From a virus (Duplodnaviria > Caudoviricetes), in the IMG/VR virus record IMGVR_UViG_2936514734_000001, positions 32,001 to 96,000 of that record: a stretch of 64,000 nt of DNA, one strand, 5' to 3'. A program made the translations under genes and the position numbers. Below the pieces are notes generated by a model that saw nothing but the letters and a program-made list of their open reading frames with translations, was not told where the DNA came from and searched no databases. Positions 39,302-47,847 of the stretch are shown one piece after another (position 1 is the first letter of the stretch; the number at the start of each line of letters is the position of its first letter).

Positions 39302-39833
39302 CTTTGTATATACAATAGAAAATAGAAAAAAGTTAGTTTTACTATCATCCGGTTGCTAACGTTAAGGATTCATCACTACACTAGAAGAAGAATGGTATCG
39401 ATATCCGGATAATAATTTAACTAACTTTTTTCTATCAATCAATAGTCGGCTTTTGCAAAATACAGGTGTGTTGCTTTTTTCACATTTTCATTTTTACCAA
39501 ATAAATGACTTATATACATTTTATAGAATTTTATTTTGAAATATATGAGTATTATGGGGCAAGGGATAGTACCACTATCATTTAGTTGCGTAACAGAAGA
39601 ACAAGCTTACAGCTACAGGGTTAATTGTGCCACTAAATTTAAGATCGACTATCCGTTGCCTTGGACCTTACATAATACCAGAAGTACGGTGAAACACCGT
39701 TGAATTCCACCGCATTTTTATTATTACTAATTAACTGGATATATATTCATCTTTTTCTTACAGAATAGTCCAATACATGGTAAAATCAGGTTAGATACAA
39801 ACAGAAAAATTGAATATAGGAGAGTGGCCGGGG

Positions 39834-40586
39834 ATGAGCTTAAGCATTAATGAGATAATAAAAAACAAAAGAATTTTTGAAATAGACGACGATTGCAATT
39901 ACTTCATCTTAGACGAGGACAAGATCAAAAAATGCATGTATTTTGACTACGTTATTGCTATAAAACATGGCGATTTACCTTACCCTAAAAAGTGGTTAAG
40001 GTTCTTTGATGTCGAACATCCCATAAAGGGACAGGTAATACCTATTGAAGAATACAATAGCGATGACTATGAATATGTTTTTATGCCGTACTTTAAATTT
40101 CCTGATGAACTCAAAAAGCCGCTTGAAGAATTAGGATATACTATAGATAAGGATTATAAAGCTGAAAATTTTTTAATTGAACTAGATAAAATTCCAGAAC
40201 AACTTCTACCTGTTGTTAAGAATATGATCATTGAGAATCAAGAACATAGTAGTGGACCAGAACAAAACGACTTTTATGTTTATGAGAAAGACGGTGAATT
40301 AGTTTATTTTTTAGTGGGCAAAGAGGAGGGTTTTGTTAATACTATTACCGATGAAGTAACAACTAAATTCCAAGATATAAAAACTTTAGAGGCATATGAA
40401 ACTCCATCTAAAGATACTTATTTATTTAAAACTAAAGACCCGCTTAGCAGCTATAGTTCTGAACGTTGGTTCGTATATCTAACTGCAGATCCAAATTTTC
40501 CGCGCCTTAAAGAAGTGGATGAAGTAGCAGACATGTTACCATATACATCTTTTAAAGCAACTGAACCAAAAGTTGAAGTTAAATAA
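39834..40586 (+). CDS. hypothetical acidic protein
   Basis: AGGAG SD; followed by GCAGACAG...CTGTCTGT terminator. Confidence 0.65.
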   Translation: MSLSINEIIKNKRIFEIDDDCNYFILDEDKIKKCMYFDYVIAIKHGDLPYPKKWLRFFDVEHPIKGQVIPIEEYNSDDYEYVFMPYFKFPDELKKPLEELGYTIDKDYKAENFLIELDKIPEQLLPVVKNMIIENQEHSSGPEQNDFYVYEKDGELVYFLVGKEEGFVNTITDEVTTKFQDIKTLEAYETPSKDTYLFKTKDPLSSYSSERWFVYLTADPNFPRLKEVDEVADMLPYTSFKATEPKVEVK

Positions 40587-40980
40587 AATAGGTGAGAATT
40601 ATTTAGCAGACAGGTTAAACTGTCTGTTTTATTTTTCTTTTACATCTCGATATAATAAGTTGTTTTTTAGATATGAAGACATAGCAAAAGACGGCCGAAG
40701 CCGCCTTATACCATAAGTTTTATCTTATCTAAAACAAAACTAATAATGTAGAACCTATTAACAAGAGAAAATCTTTTTTCTATATATATATGGTGTTAAT
40801 TTACCATGAAAGTTCTATTTTGTCAATTTTTTTATTCTGTCTCAATAGGATAAGTATTCTTAAATAAATGAGATATAAAAAAGAGCGACCGAAGTCGCCC
40901 AAACGATTTTATTCTACCTATAAACTTAATGCACTCCTATTTTATTGTAGCATAAGCACCCCTCTTTCTTAAAATAAATT

Positions 40981-41008
40981 GGTTCCTATAATATATCTTA
41001 TGTAAACT
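40981..41008 (+). other. dif site (XerC/XerD = CodV/RipX target)
   Basis: GGTTCCTATAA-TATATC-TTATGTAAACT versus B. subtilis dif ACTTCCTAGAA-TATATA-TTATGTAAACT (24/28, XerD arm identical). Confidence 0.85.
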
Positions 41009-41076
41009 AGAAAAAGAAATAAGAGAAAAGCTTACCCTTTTTTGAGTAAGCCTACATTATATAAATTCTATAAATT

Positions 41077-42240
41077 TTAATGTTTTACAACAGTTACATA
41101 AGTAAGTTTGCTGACATTATTTGAAGCATCCTTAGCAGTTACATTAATGGTAGTCCCTTTTTTTTGCACAGGGATGTTAACAGAAAATGATCCTTTTGAA
41201 TTTGCTTTTGCGTATCCAATTCTGTTTTTACCTACATTAACAGTTACAGTAGAATTAGCCTCAGCTTTACCAGTTACAACCTTATCATTATCATCTACTT
41301 TATTAACTGTTGGTTTATTAGGTGGAGTAACATCTGACTTTACAACAGTTACATACGTAAGTTTACTCACATTACCCGAACTGTCTTTAGCGGTTACATT
41401 TAGTGTAGTTCCTGCTTTTTGAACAGGAATACTAACCGAGAATGAACCATTTGAATTTGCTTTCGCATATCCAATTCGATTCTTCCCTACATTAACAGTG
41501 ACAGTTGAACCTGCTTCTGCTTTACCAGTTACAACTTTATCGTTATTGTCTACTTTGTTAACAGTAGGTTTATTTGGTGCCACTGTGTCTTTAGCAGCAG
41601 CTTCAAATAAAGTCGAGATTCCATATGCCTCACCAGTTTCACTACTATTTAAATCCATAACAGGTATGTAATATGTACCCGCTTTATTAACTTTATACTC
41701 TTGGACTTCTACTCCATCATCATATTCAGAACCTAAGTACTCTATATATCCATGATCTGAGTAATCATATTCAGTTGCCATAAATAATAAATCCATATCG
41801 GTAGGAGTATCTGTTACTCCACCTACTAATAGAGTACCTTTTCCAGATACGTATACCTTATAAAAATCTATATCGAAAGTATCATTAAATTGTCCAAATG
41901 TCATTCTATCATTTAGGAGTGTATCTGCTATTTTGAAATCATCATTAGGCTCACTCTCGTACATTGGCGACCCGCTACTACCACTAATACTAGCTGCATT
42001 AGATTTATTCGCTGAAAACGACTTTGGAGTTTTTAATGAGTTCAAAGTTTTCTCTTTAAAGTCATTCAGTACACTAGGGCTAATAACGTTATGATTGAGC
42101 GGTTTATCATTTTTCAATTGGCTTTCAATTGCTTTCTTTGAAGCCTCGTAATTGTTGCCTTCTGCTTGAGCTGTACCTACTGATAATGAGGAAGCTAGTA
42201 AACCTACGGACAATAATGAGATAATACCCTTTTTCTTCAT
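41077..42240 (-). CDS. secreted protein with PPC-like domain and two Ig-like repeats
   Basis: Signal peptide ending AQA; ESEPND and DIDFYKV motifs; two near-identical D(T/V)..PNKPTVNKVD...TAKD..NVS repeats. Confidence 0.8.
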   Translation of the reverse strand: MKKKGIISLLSVGLLASSLSVGTAQAEGNNYEASKKAIESQLKNDKPLNHNVISPSVLNDFKEKTLNSLKTPKSFSANKSNAASISGSSGSPMYESEPNDDFKIADTLLNDRMTFGQFNDTFDIDFYKVYVSGKGTLLVGGVTDTPTDMDLLFMATEYDYSDHGYIEYLGSEYDDGVEVQEYKVNKAGTYYIPVMDLNSSETGEAYGISTLFEAAAKDTVAPNKPTVNKVDNNDKVVTGKAEAGSTVTVNVGKNRIGYAKANSNGSFSVSIPVQKAGTTLNVTAKDSSGNVSKLTYVTVVKSDVTPPNKPTVNKVDDNDKVVTGKAEANSTVTVNVGKNRIGYAKANSKGSFSVNIPVQKKGTTINVTAKDASNNVSKLTYVTVVKH

Positions 42241-42382
42241 CGAATCTCTCCCCTTAGTTATATGTAACTATCCACTTGCTATGACTATGATACTACTAAA
42301 ATTCCAGCAGAACCACATATTCTCATATTCAAATTTCGACAAAAAAAAGAGCAGCTTAACGCTACTCTTCTTGTGTACACGA

Positions 42383-43213
42383 TTAAGGCATCGGTATAGC
42401 CTGAACCGCCTCTATAAATTGTGGTATAGTAGTTGCTAATGCTGTACCAGCACCAGCTAATCCTGTCACATTAGTTAATGCAGTTGTTGCTCTTCTAATT
42501 AATGAAGGCTTTACTTCCTCACCATTTTCAACTTTTTTAGCTATTTCCTCTACATGATCAATAGCATCTTCTTTCAGCTCTGCATTATCAATATTAGAAT
42601 CTTTTAAAAGCTGAATAAGTTCTTTTGCAATTGATTGTATACCTTCACCTTCATGATTATTATTAGTTTGATTTAATGTAGTATCCCCATATACATCTCC
42701 TTCGTTAGACAGAAAGTTTCCTACAGAAGAATTATTGAATACGTATTTTGCATTTTGTTTTCCTTCAATACCCATTTTTATCGCTTTCTCCTCTAAATAA
42801 GACGTAATATGATCAACTAGTAGATTAACTACTTCTCTATTGAAATTTTTAATCATGTTAACTATCTTTCTGCCCTCACGATATGGAAAAGCAAAATCAT
42901 AATACGACAGATTATTCTCTGTAATATGCTTAAGAAGTTGATAGATATAACTAACTTCTTCATTTTCATCAAATGGAAGATCAAATTTATCTTCGCCATT
43001 TTTTTCTTCAATAATTTTATTAAAGTCATATACTCGCGTGTGGTTCTTTTCAATAAAATCTTTAATGATTGGTTCTTTATCTATTGTGCTAATAAATCTT
43101 TTGGTTAGTCGCAGCGCCTCGTCCATATCAGTTGCTCTGAGCATTTGACCAAAAGCTTTTCTAAAGTTTTTAGATAAAATTTTAAAATCTTCATATGACA
43201 TAACTATTTCCAT
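42383..43213 (-). CDS. hypothetical protein, candidate defence gene
   Basis: 276 aa; Asn-rich linker and C-terminal helical bundle; abuts the upstream Zn-finger gene. Confidence 0.6.
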   Translation of the reverse strand: MEIVMSYEDFKILSKNFRKAFGQMLRATDMDEALRLTKRFISTIDKEPIIKDFIEKNHTRVYDFNKIIEEKNGEDKFDLPFDENEEVSYIYQLLKHITENNLSYYDFAFPYREGRKIVNMIKNFNREVVNLLVDHITSYLEEKAIKMGIEGKQNAKYVFNNSSVGNFLSNEGDVYGDTTLNQTNNNHEGEGIQSIAKELIQLLKDSNIDNAELKEDAIDHVEEIAKKVENGEEVKPSLIRRATTALTNVTGLAGAGTALATTIPQFIEAVQAIPMP

Positions 43214-43672
43214 TTAATTCACCCCACAATACGGACAGTATGGGCCCGCACTCGCCTTTATTAGAGTAGAAACCTTTGCTTTCTTTAAGCAGCATTGAAA
43301 CTCTACAATATCGTAGTCATTTTGCTCAAAAAGCGGTTGAGGACTGATGCTGGGCTTTAAAGGCTTTCCTGGTTTGAATGTGACATTTTTATTTCCCTTA
43401 AAGATTTTACCAATATCCTTAACGGCTTCATTAAGTAAGTCTATTGCATATTGTTCTGCTTCTGCGTTTGCATTCTCAATAATATCTTCAGTAAGGAACT
43501 CAGAAGGTTCTTGTGGAATTCCACAAGAAGGGCAGAAAATTTGCAGCACATGGTCTTCCTCCACGTCTCCTGGTACAAGCTTAAAACCCTCACTACACAG
43601 GCTACACTCGAAAGAAGAAAAACCATCGTGGTCAGTTTGCTTAGTTATTTCTATTCTTTTTTCCACTAACAT
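43214..43672 (-). CDS. zinc-ribbon protein
   Basis: CSLC..CPSC and CC..CPYC motifs; GAGGAG SD. Confidence 0.7.
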   Translation of the reverse strand: MLVEKRIEITKQTDHDGFSSFECSLCSEGFKLVPGDVEEDHVLQIFCPSCGIPQEPSEFLTEDIIENANAEAEQYAIDLLNEAVKDIGKIFKGNKNVTFKPGKPLKPSISPQPLFEQNDYDIVEFQCCLKKAKVSTLIKASAGPYCPYCGVN

Positions 43673-43842
43673 TTCTCCTCTCTTATACATCAAATATAGA
43701 TTTGCAAAAAGATGCTATATTTCTACAACCTTGGATATATTTACTTATAATTATAGCAAAAAAAAAGAGAGTAGTCGCGACGAACCACTCAAAAACTACC
43801 GATTAGATTAACTTGAGAAATTAATGTGTAGAATAGTATGAA

Positions 43843-43870
43843 CCACATTATGTCATATCTTATGTAAACT
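43843..43870 (+). other. dif-like site (intact XerD arm, degenerate XerC arm)
   Basis: CCACATTATGT-CATATC-TTATGTAAACT; downstream flank also repeats that of the 40981 site. Confidence 0.65.
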
Positions 43871-43895
43871 AGAAAAGGAAATAAAGGAAACCTAC

Positions 43896-44144
43896 TCATT
43901 TCTGATTTAGGATTTCTAAGTGTTTTTGATAGTCTAGATAATATTCTAATGTTCTTTCATATTCATTTGCTTTATTAGCATACTCTAGGTTAATCTTCTT
44001 TTTAATATCATCATTAATGACTAATTCATCATTGTAAATATTTTTCTTTTTCATGTTATTTAGTCTGCTATGATATTGTTTAGCGGAGTTTTCTCCAATT
44101 TTAGTTTTAGTGTGTACATCTGTTAAGTAAGTTGGAAAATTCAT
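43896..44144 (-). CDS. stand-alone integrase N-terminal (SAM-like core-binding) domain-like protein
   Basis: AGGAGG SD before MNFPTYL; F..YL...ENSAKQY..RL and Y..L.YYLDY pattern. Confidence 0.5.
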   Translation of the reverse strand: MNFPTYLTDVHTKTKIGENSAKQYHSRLNNMKKKNIYNDELVINDDIKKKINLEYANKANEYERTLEYYLDYQKHLEILNQK

Positions 44145-44156
44145 AAGTAACCTCCT

Positions 44157-44184
44157 AGTTAACATAATGTAATTTAAAAAGGAA
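44157..44184 (-). other. inverted dif-like site
   Basis: Minus strand TTCCTTTTTAA-ATTACA-TTATGTTAACT; XerD-type arm intergenic, other arm overlaps a gene end. Confidence 0.5.
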
Positions 44185-44659
44185 ATCTTCCTGGTCCATT
44201 AACTCGCTGAGGTTCAGGTGCGTAAAAGCTACAATAACCGAAGTGGTAACATTTCATTTTATAAAGAATCACTAAAGCTTTTATTGTATTCATTTTGTCT
44301 TGAAGCCCTTTTCCCTCAGCATAAGAAAAAATATGGCTTTCGACTTCCTTGATCTCTGCTTCTAATTTGATTTTTATATTTTCTTGCATTTCCCTATCTT
44401 TTTTTAGGTACTCATACCATTCCTTCTCTGATTCCTCTTTTGGCTCAGGAGGCATTTCTCTTTTGTTCATAATTTCAGGTACACATATATCTTTTGCATT
44501 AGAATAAATCTTTGCTAAGCTTATTTCGATATACCTTTCGCTATCGACACCAAATTCATGAAAATACGAACATATATTGTCTCTATACTCATTAATTTCT
44601 TCTTTTAGTTTCCTTTTAACTGTTTCTACTATCTCTTTATCTGTATCAAAATCAATCAT
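44174..44659 (-). CDS. hypothetical protein
   Basis: GGAGGG SD; ORF track. Confidence 0.65.
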   Translation of the reverse strand: MIDFDTDKEIVETVKRKLKEEINEYRDNICSYFHEFGVDSERYIEISLAKIYSNAKDICVPEIMNKREMPPEPKEESEKEWYEYLKKDREMQENIKIKLEAEIKEVESHIFSYAEGKGLQDKMNTIKALVILYKMKCYHFGYCSFYAPEPQRVNGPGRFPF

Positions 44660-44938
44660 AGCGAATCCCTCCTGTTACACTTATTTGTTTCTCCTAGATT
44701 AAAAAATGCATAACGTAAACATATTCTTCATCTAATTCAATAATCCTTCTTAATTAGAAAAAAATTCTTATTTTGACATAGAAAAAGCGGCTAACATAGT
44801 TAACCGCCTCTTCAAGCTTTTTAAATTGATTTCATTTTACGTTGTAATTGTTGAACATTGCTGTTTAATTTTAACATGGGTATTTTTGTGGAACAACGGT
44901 AATTGTTTCCTTCAAAGGAACATTAATCCTTTTGAGAC

Positions 44939-45124
44939 TCATAAGTCTTTTGGATATTCATAAACCATTTGCATTTGGAAAATATCATGCTCTGTAATGT
45001 TTAATTTCTTCAGTTCTCCTTGAAATGAACGCCATGGTTCGATACGAATTACTCTTTTAGTACCATTTCTAAGTGTGTATATCCTATACATAACTTCTGG
45101 TGGCTTTTCATAACGTTTAGACAT
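44939..45124 (-). CDS. hypothetical protein
   Basis: AGGAG SD; ORF track. Confidence 0.6.
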   Translation of the reverse strand: MSKRYEKPPEVMYRIYTLRNGTKRVIRIEPWRSFQGELKKLNITEHDIFQMQMVYEYPKDL

Positions 45125-45229
45125 TTTTAACTCCTAATGATATAATTAAGTTTCTAGTTGTATTTTTGCTAAAGAGAGTATTACCTTTTGGTAATGCTCT
45201 TTTTTATTATACCAAAGATTTTAACAAAG

Positions 45230-45697
45230 CTAGGCAGCCACACTTACTTTTTCCTCCAATAGTTGATAAACCTTATCTAGTGATAATTTTTTAATTTCTC
45301 CATGATCAATCAAGTAAAAATACTTATTACATCTTACATAGTCTTTATATACAACCATGTCTTCAGCGGAGAAACTTTCTCCCATTTGAATAAAGTGAGT
45401 TCCGCTATCTCGTAATAACCACAGACCTTTCTTATCTCCTTCTAAATATGAATATAGATCATGAAGGTAAAAGTCATTTTGATAATGAGATAAATGCCTA
45501 CTAACAACCTTCTCCATTTCAAGTAGTTCAGGATAATTAGCAGGATCATGTCCTTCTGGAATAGCCCAGTTTTTTGTTTTATACTTCTCATTTAATTCAC
45601 TTACTTTATCGTATAACTCTGACAACAGCGGGTCTGTAAGCGTTTCTCGTTCAATCCATCTACCGTCTGTATATGTGTAAAAAATAATATCTGTCAT
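45230..45697 (-). CDS. hypothetical protein
   Basis: AAGGAG SD; terminator at ~45170-45205. Confidence 0.65.
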   Translation of the reverse strand: MTDIIFYTYTDGRWIERETLTDPLLSELYDKVSELNEKYKTKNWAIPEGHDPANYPELLEMEKVVSRHLSHYQNDFYLHDLYSYLEGDKKGLWLLRDSGTHFIQMGESFSAEDMVVYKDYVRCNKYFYLIDHGEIKKLSLDKVYQLLEEKVSVAA

Positions 45698-45764
45698 TGT
45701 TTTCTCTCCTTTTAGACAAAATAAAAAGAAGCCCTATAACTAAGGCTTCCTTCTGTTTGTATTC

Positions 45765-45950
45765 TTAACTATTTTTCAGTCCGGGTTGTGGGTAAGCAGT
45801 GTTGATTTCTGCTAAAGTTTTTAATACTTCATCACTAGAAAACTGTAGTCTCTTCATATACTCCTCAGTATATCTACGTCTCGCTGATGAAGGCTTAGAG
45901 GAAATAACTACAACTTTACCATTATCATACCGTTTTTTCTGAACAGTCAT
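45765..45950 (-). CDS. small partner protein of the DUF4062 gene
   Basis: ATGA overlap; GGAGGG SD inside upstream gene; terminator follows. Confidence 0.6.
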   Translation of the reverse strand: MTVQKKRYDNGKVVVISSKPSSARRRYTEEYMKRLQFSSDEVLKTLAEINTAYPQPGLKNS

Positions 45951-47134
45951 GATTGAATCCCTCCTATTAAATCAGCTACAAAGTTTATAAGCAGGATGTT
46001 ATTACTCATTATAGCATATTCCACTTCGTCCTTGTAAGAGTTAGCTTGTAGGTCTGTCCATTTTTTCTCAATTAACGGATAATGAAAACATAATACAAAC
46101 TCTTTGGACTTAATTGTATAGTAAAGCAATTCTTTTGCTTCAGAATAACCTATTTCTCCATTATCACTAGTATAACAATTCACTACATATGAAGTATCAT
46201 CAGACAAATCATACTCTTGAGTTGGTGTTGTTTCACCGCAACAGCCACAAAGCTTCATTTTTCCATTATCTTGTTTGTAAACAGTCATAGCATTACAACT
46301 ACCAATTGTATTTACTTTCTTTTGAGTTCTTGTACCTGGACGTATAAAAATTTCTCCGCCACTTAACTGAACTCTAGCTGTGTTTAAAAACTCTCCCCAG
46401 TCAACTACTTTTCCATTATCTATAAACGATAATAATGAAGTTGTATACTCCTGATACTGTCGCAAGACTTTTGCGGCATCTGCATTTACAGCCATGCTTT
46501 CTTTATGTGGAATCAGCTTGATTCCTTGACCTAAATGATCACTAAAGTAACCATTAATTTTCTGATAAAATTCTGGTGAACGGGATATGATAAGATCCTC
46601 TGTCCAAACTCGTGCACGCTGAACATCAAAAATAAACGCCCACAAAAAAGGATGAAATCTTTTCTCTTTCAACATATCTCTTTGTGCATCACCCAAATTG
46701 TTTTGAATTACTTCCTCAACTATATCCATTGTATAATTAGGTTCGCGATGATTTGTTTCCATATATTCTTTATAGCGTTTGTTTAAAGGTGTCTTAATAT
46801 GCTCGTCATAAACGCGTTTTATTTTTTCGTCAAAGAAAGCGATAACATACTTTTTCTCCTCAATTGCTGTAAAGAATTCTTCATATGTAGGTGTAGTTTT
46901 CGCCTCTTCCCAATACGTTCCAACATAGTTGTTTACAAGCAGGATAAAAATATCACATTCTTTAACCTTCTGTATACAAGTCTCCATTGTGTCATCAGCC
47001 CAAGGGTAAAAATTCTCCTCAAACAACAAAGGCTGATGGCCCGAAGATTCTAAATGTGCTTTTAAATCTTGTCTTAACGGTTTTAGATCGTCATCATATG
47101 CTGAGCTAACAAAAATCTTAGCTGGATTTGGCAT
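45947..47134 (-). CDS. DUF4062 (TIR/NDT-like) domain protein with possible C-terminal GAF-like domain
   Basis: KIFVSS...DL...R, C...V..CDIFILLV...G, T..EF..A motifs. Confidence 0.75.
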   Translation of the reverse strand: MPNPAKIFVSSAYDDDLKPLRQDLKAHLESSGHQPLLFEENFYPWADDTMETCIQKVKECDIFILLVNNYVGTYWEEAKTTPTYEEFFTAIEEKKYVIAFFDEKIKRVYDEHIKTPLNKRYKEYMETNHREPNYTMDIVEEVIQNNLGDAQRDMLKEKRFHPFLWAFIFDVQRARVWTEDLIISRSPEFYQKINGYFSDHLGQGIKLIPHKESMAVNADAAKVLRQYQEYTTSLLSFIDNGKVVDWGEFLNTARVQLSGGEIFIRPGTRTQKKVNTIGSCNAMTVYKQDNGKMKLCGCCGETTPTQEYDLSDDTSYVVNCYTSDNGEIGYSEAKELLYYTIKSKEFVLCFHYPLIEKKWTDLQANSYKDEVEYAIMSNNILLINFVADLIGGIQS

Positions 47135-47199
47135 AATATTCCCCCTTTATATATGTATATAATATCATGAAAAAAGACAGCATAGTTGTACTAGCTGCC

Positions 47200-47493
47200 T
47201 CACCAAACATATTTAGGTAATTCATCAATTGAATCTATCTCATGATCAAACATAATCCATTGGCAACCCTTGCCCATAGCATAACCAATAACAAAAAGAA
47301 GAGAATCAGGAATGGTTTTTTCTTCATCAAACATTTCGTTATATAAAGGGATAAACCATCCATAGCTTCCTTTAGGATAAGTAATTAAATCCATTTCATT
47401 ATCCTGCGTTAATATAGCTTGTTTATCTAACCATTCTGATGCATCTTTTGTCACATGTGCAGTAGATAGTGAAAGCATTTGATTTATTTCCAT
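47200..47493 (-). CDS. DUF5983-like protein
   Basis: LSTAHV...YGWFI...IP.SL...A...GC.WI.FD motif. Confidence 0.6.
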   Translation of the reverse strand: MEINQMLSLSTAHVTKDASEWLDKQAILTQDNEMDLITYPKGSYGWFIPLYNEMFDEEKTIPDSLLFVIGYAMGKGCQWIMFDHEIDSIDELPKYVW

Positions 47494-47495
47494 AT

Positions 47496-47831
47496 TTAAT
47501 TATTTCCCTTCTCTTCTATTAGTTTGTTTAACGGAATTTCTTCGAAACATCTAGGACACACATATGTATGCTCTGTTGCTACTGCAAATAGATCTCTTTT
47601 TGTATTTTGAATACGTGGAGCATCTTCTCCATTTGTTAACATGGTTGCAGCATTCCATTCAAATTCAGTACTATGTGCTTTGCAAGAAGGGCAGAAGTCA
47701 CCTAGAACTTCTGATCCCATATCCTCACTGTCACGAAAATTATCAAAATCTAAAATGTAAATACCTACATTTTTAGGCAAACTAACAGCTTCTGCTACTC
47801 CACCAGATACATGAACAACAACGTTACTCAT
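47496..47831 (-). CDS. hypothetical protein with two CxxC motifs
   Basis: CPSC and CPRC; AGGAGG SD. Confidence 0.6.
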   Translation of the reverse strand: MSNVVVHVSGGVAEAVSLPKNVGIYILDFDNFRDSEDMGSEVLGDFCPSCKAHSTEFEWNAATMLTNGEDAPRIQNTKRDLFAVATEHTYVCPRCFEEIPLNKLIEEKGNN

Positions 47832-47847
47832 AATTGGTTCCTCCTGA

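Noticed and set aside
40994-41025. Apparent sigma-E promoter (TCTTATT-15-CATAAGAT) on the minus strand, repeated at ~43856-43887
   Set aside because: The same bases form the spacer and XerD arm of a 24/28 dif match, which explains the repeat better
44780-44896. Promoter-terminator unit (TTGTTC-17-TAAAAT) as an sRNA
   Set aside because: The terminator can simply serve the 44939-45124 gene, and there is no distinctive structure
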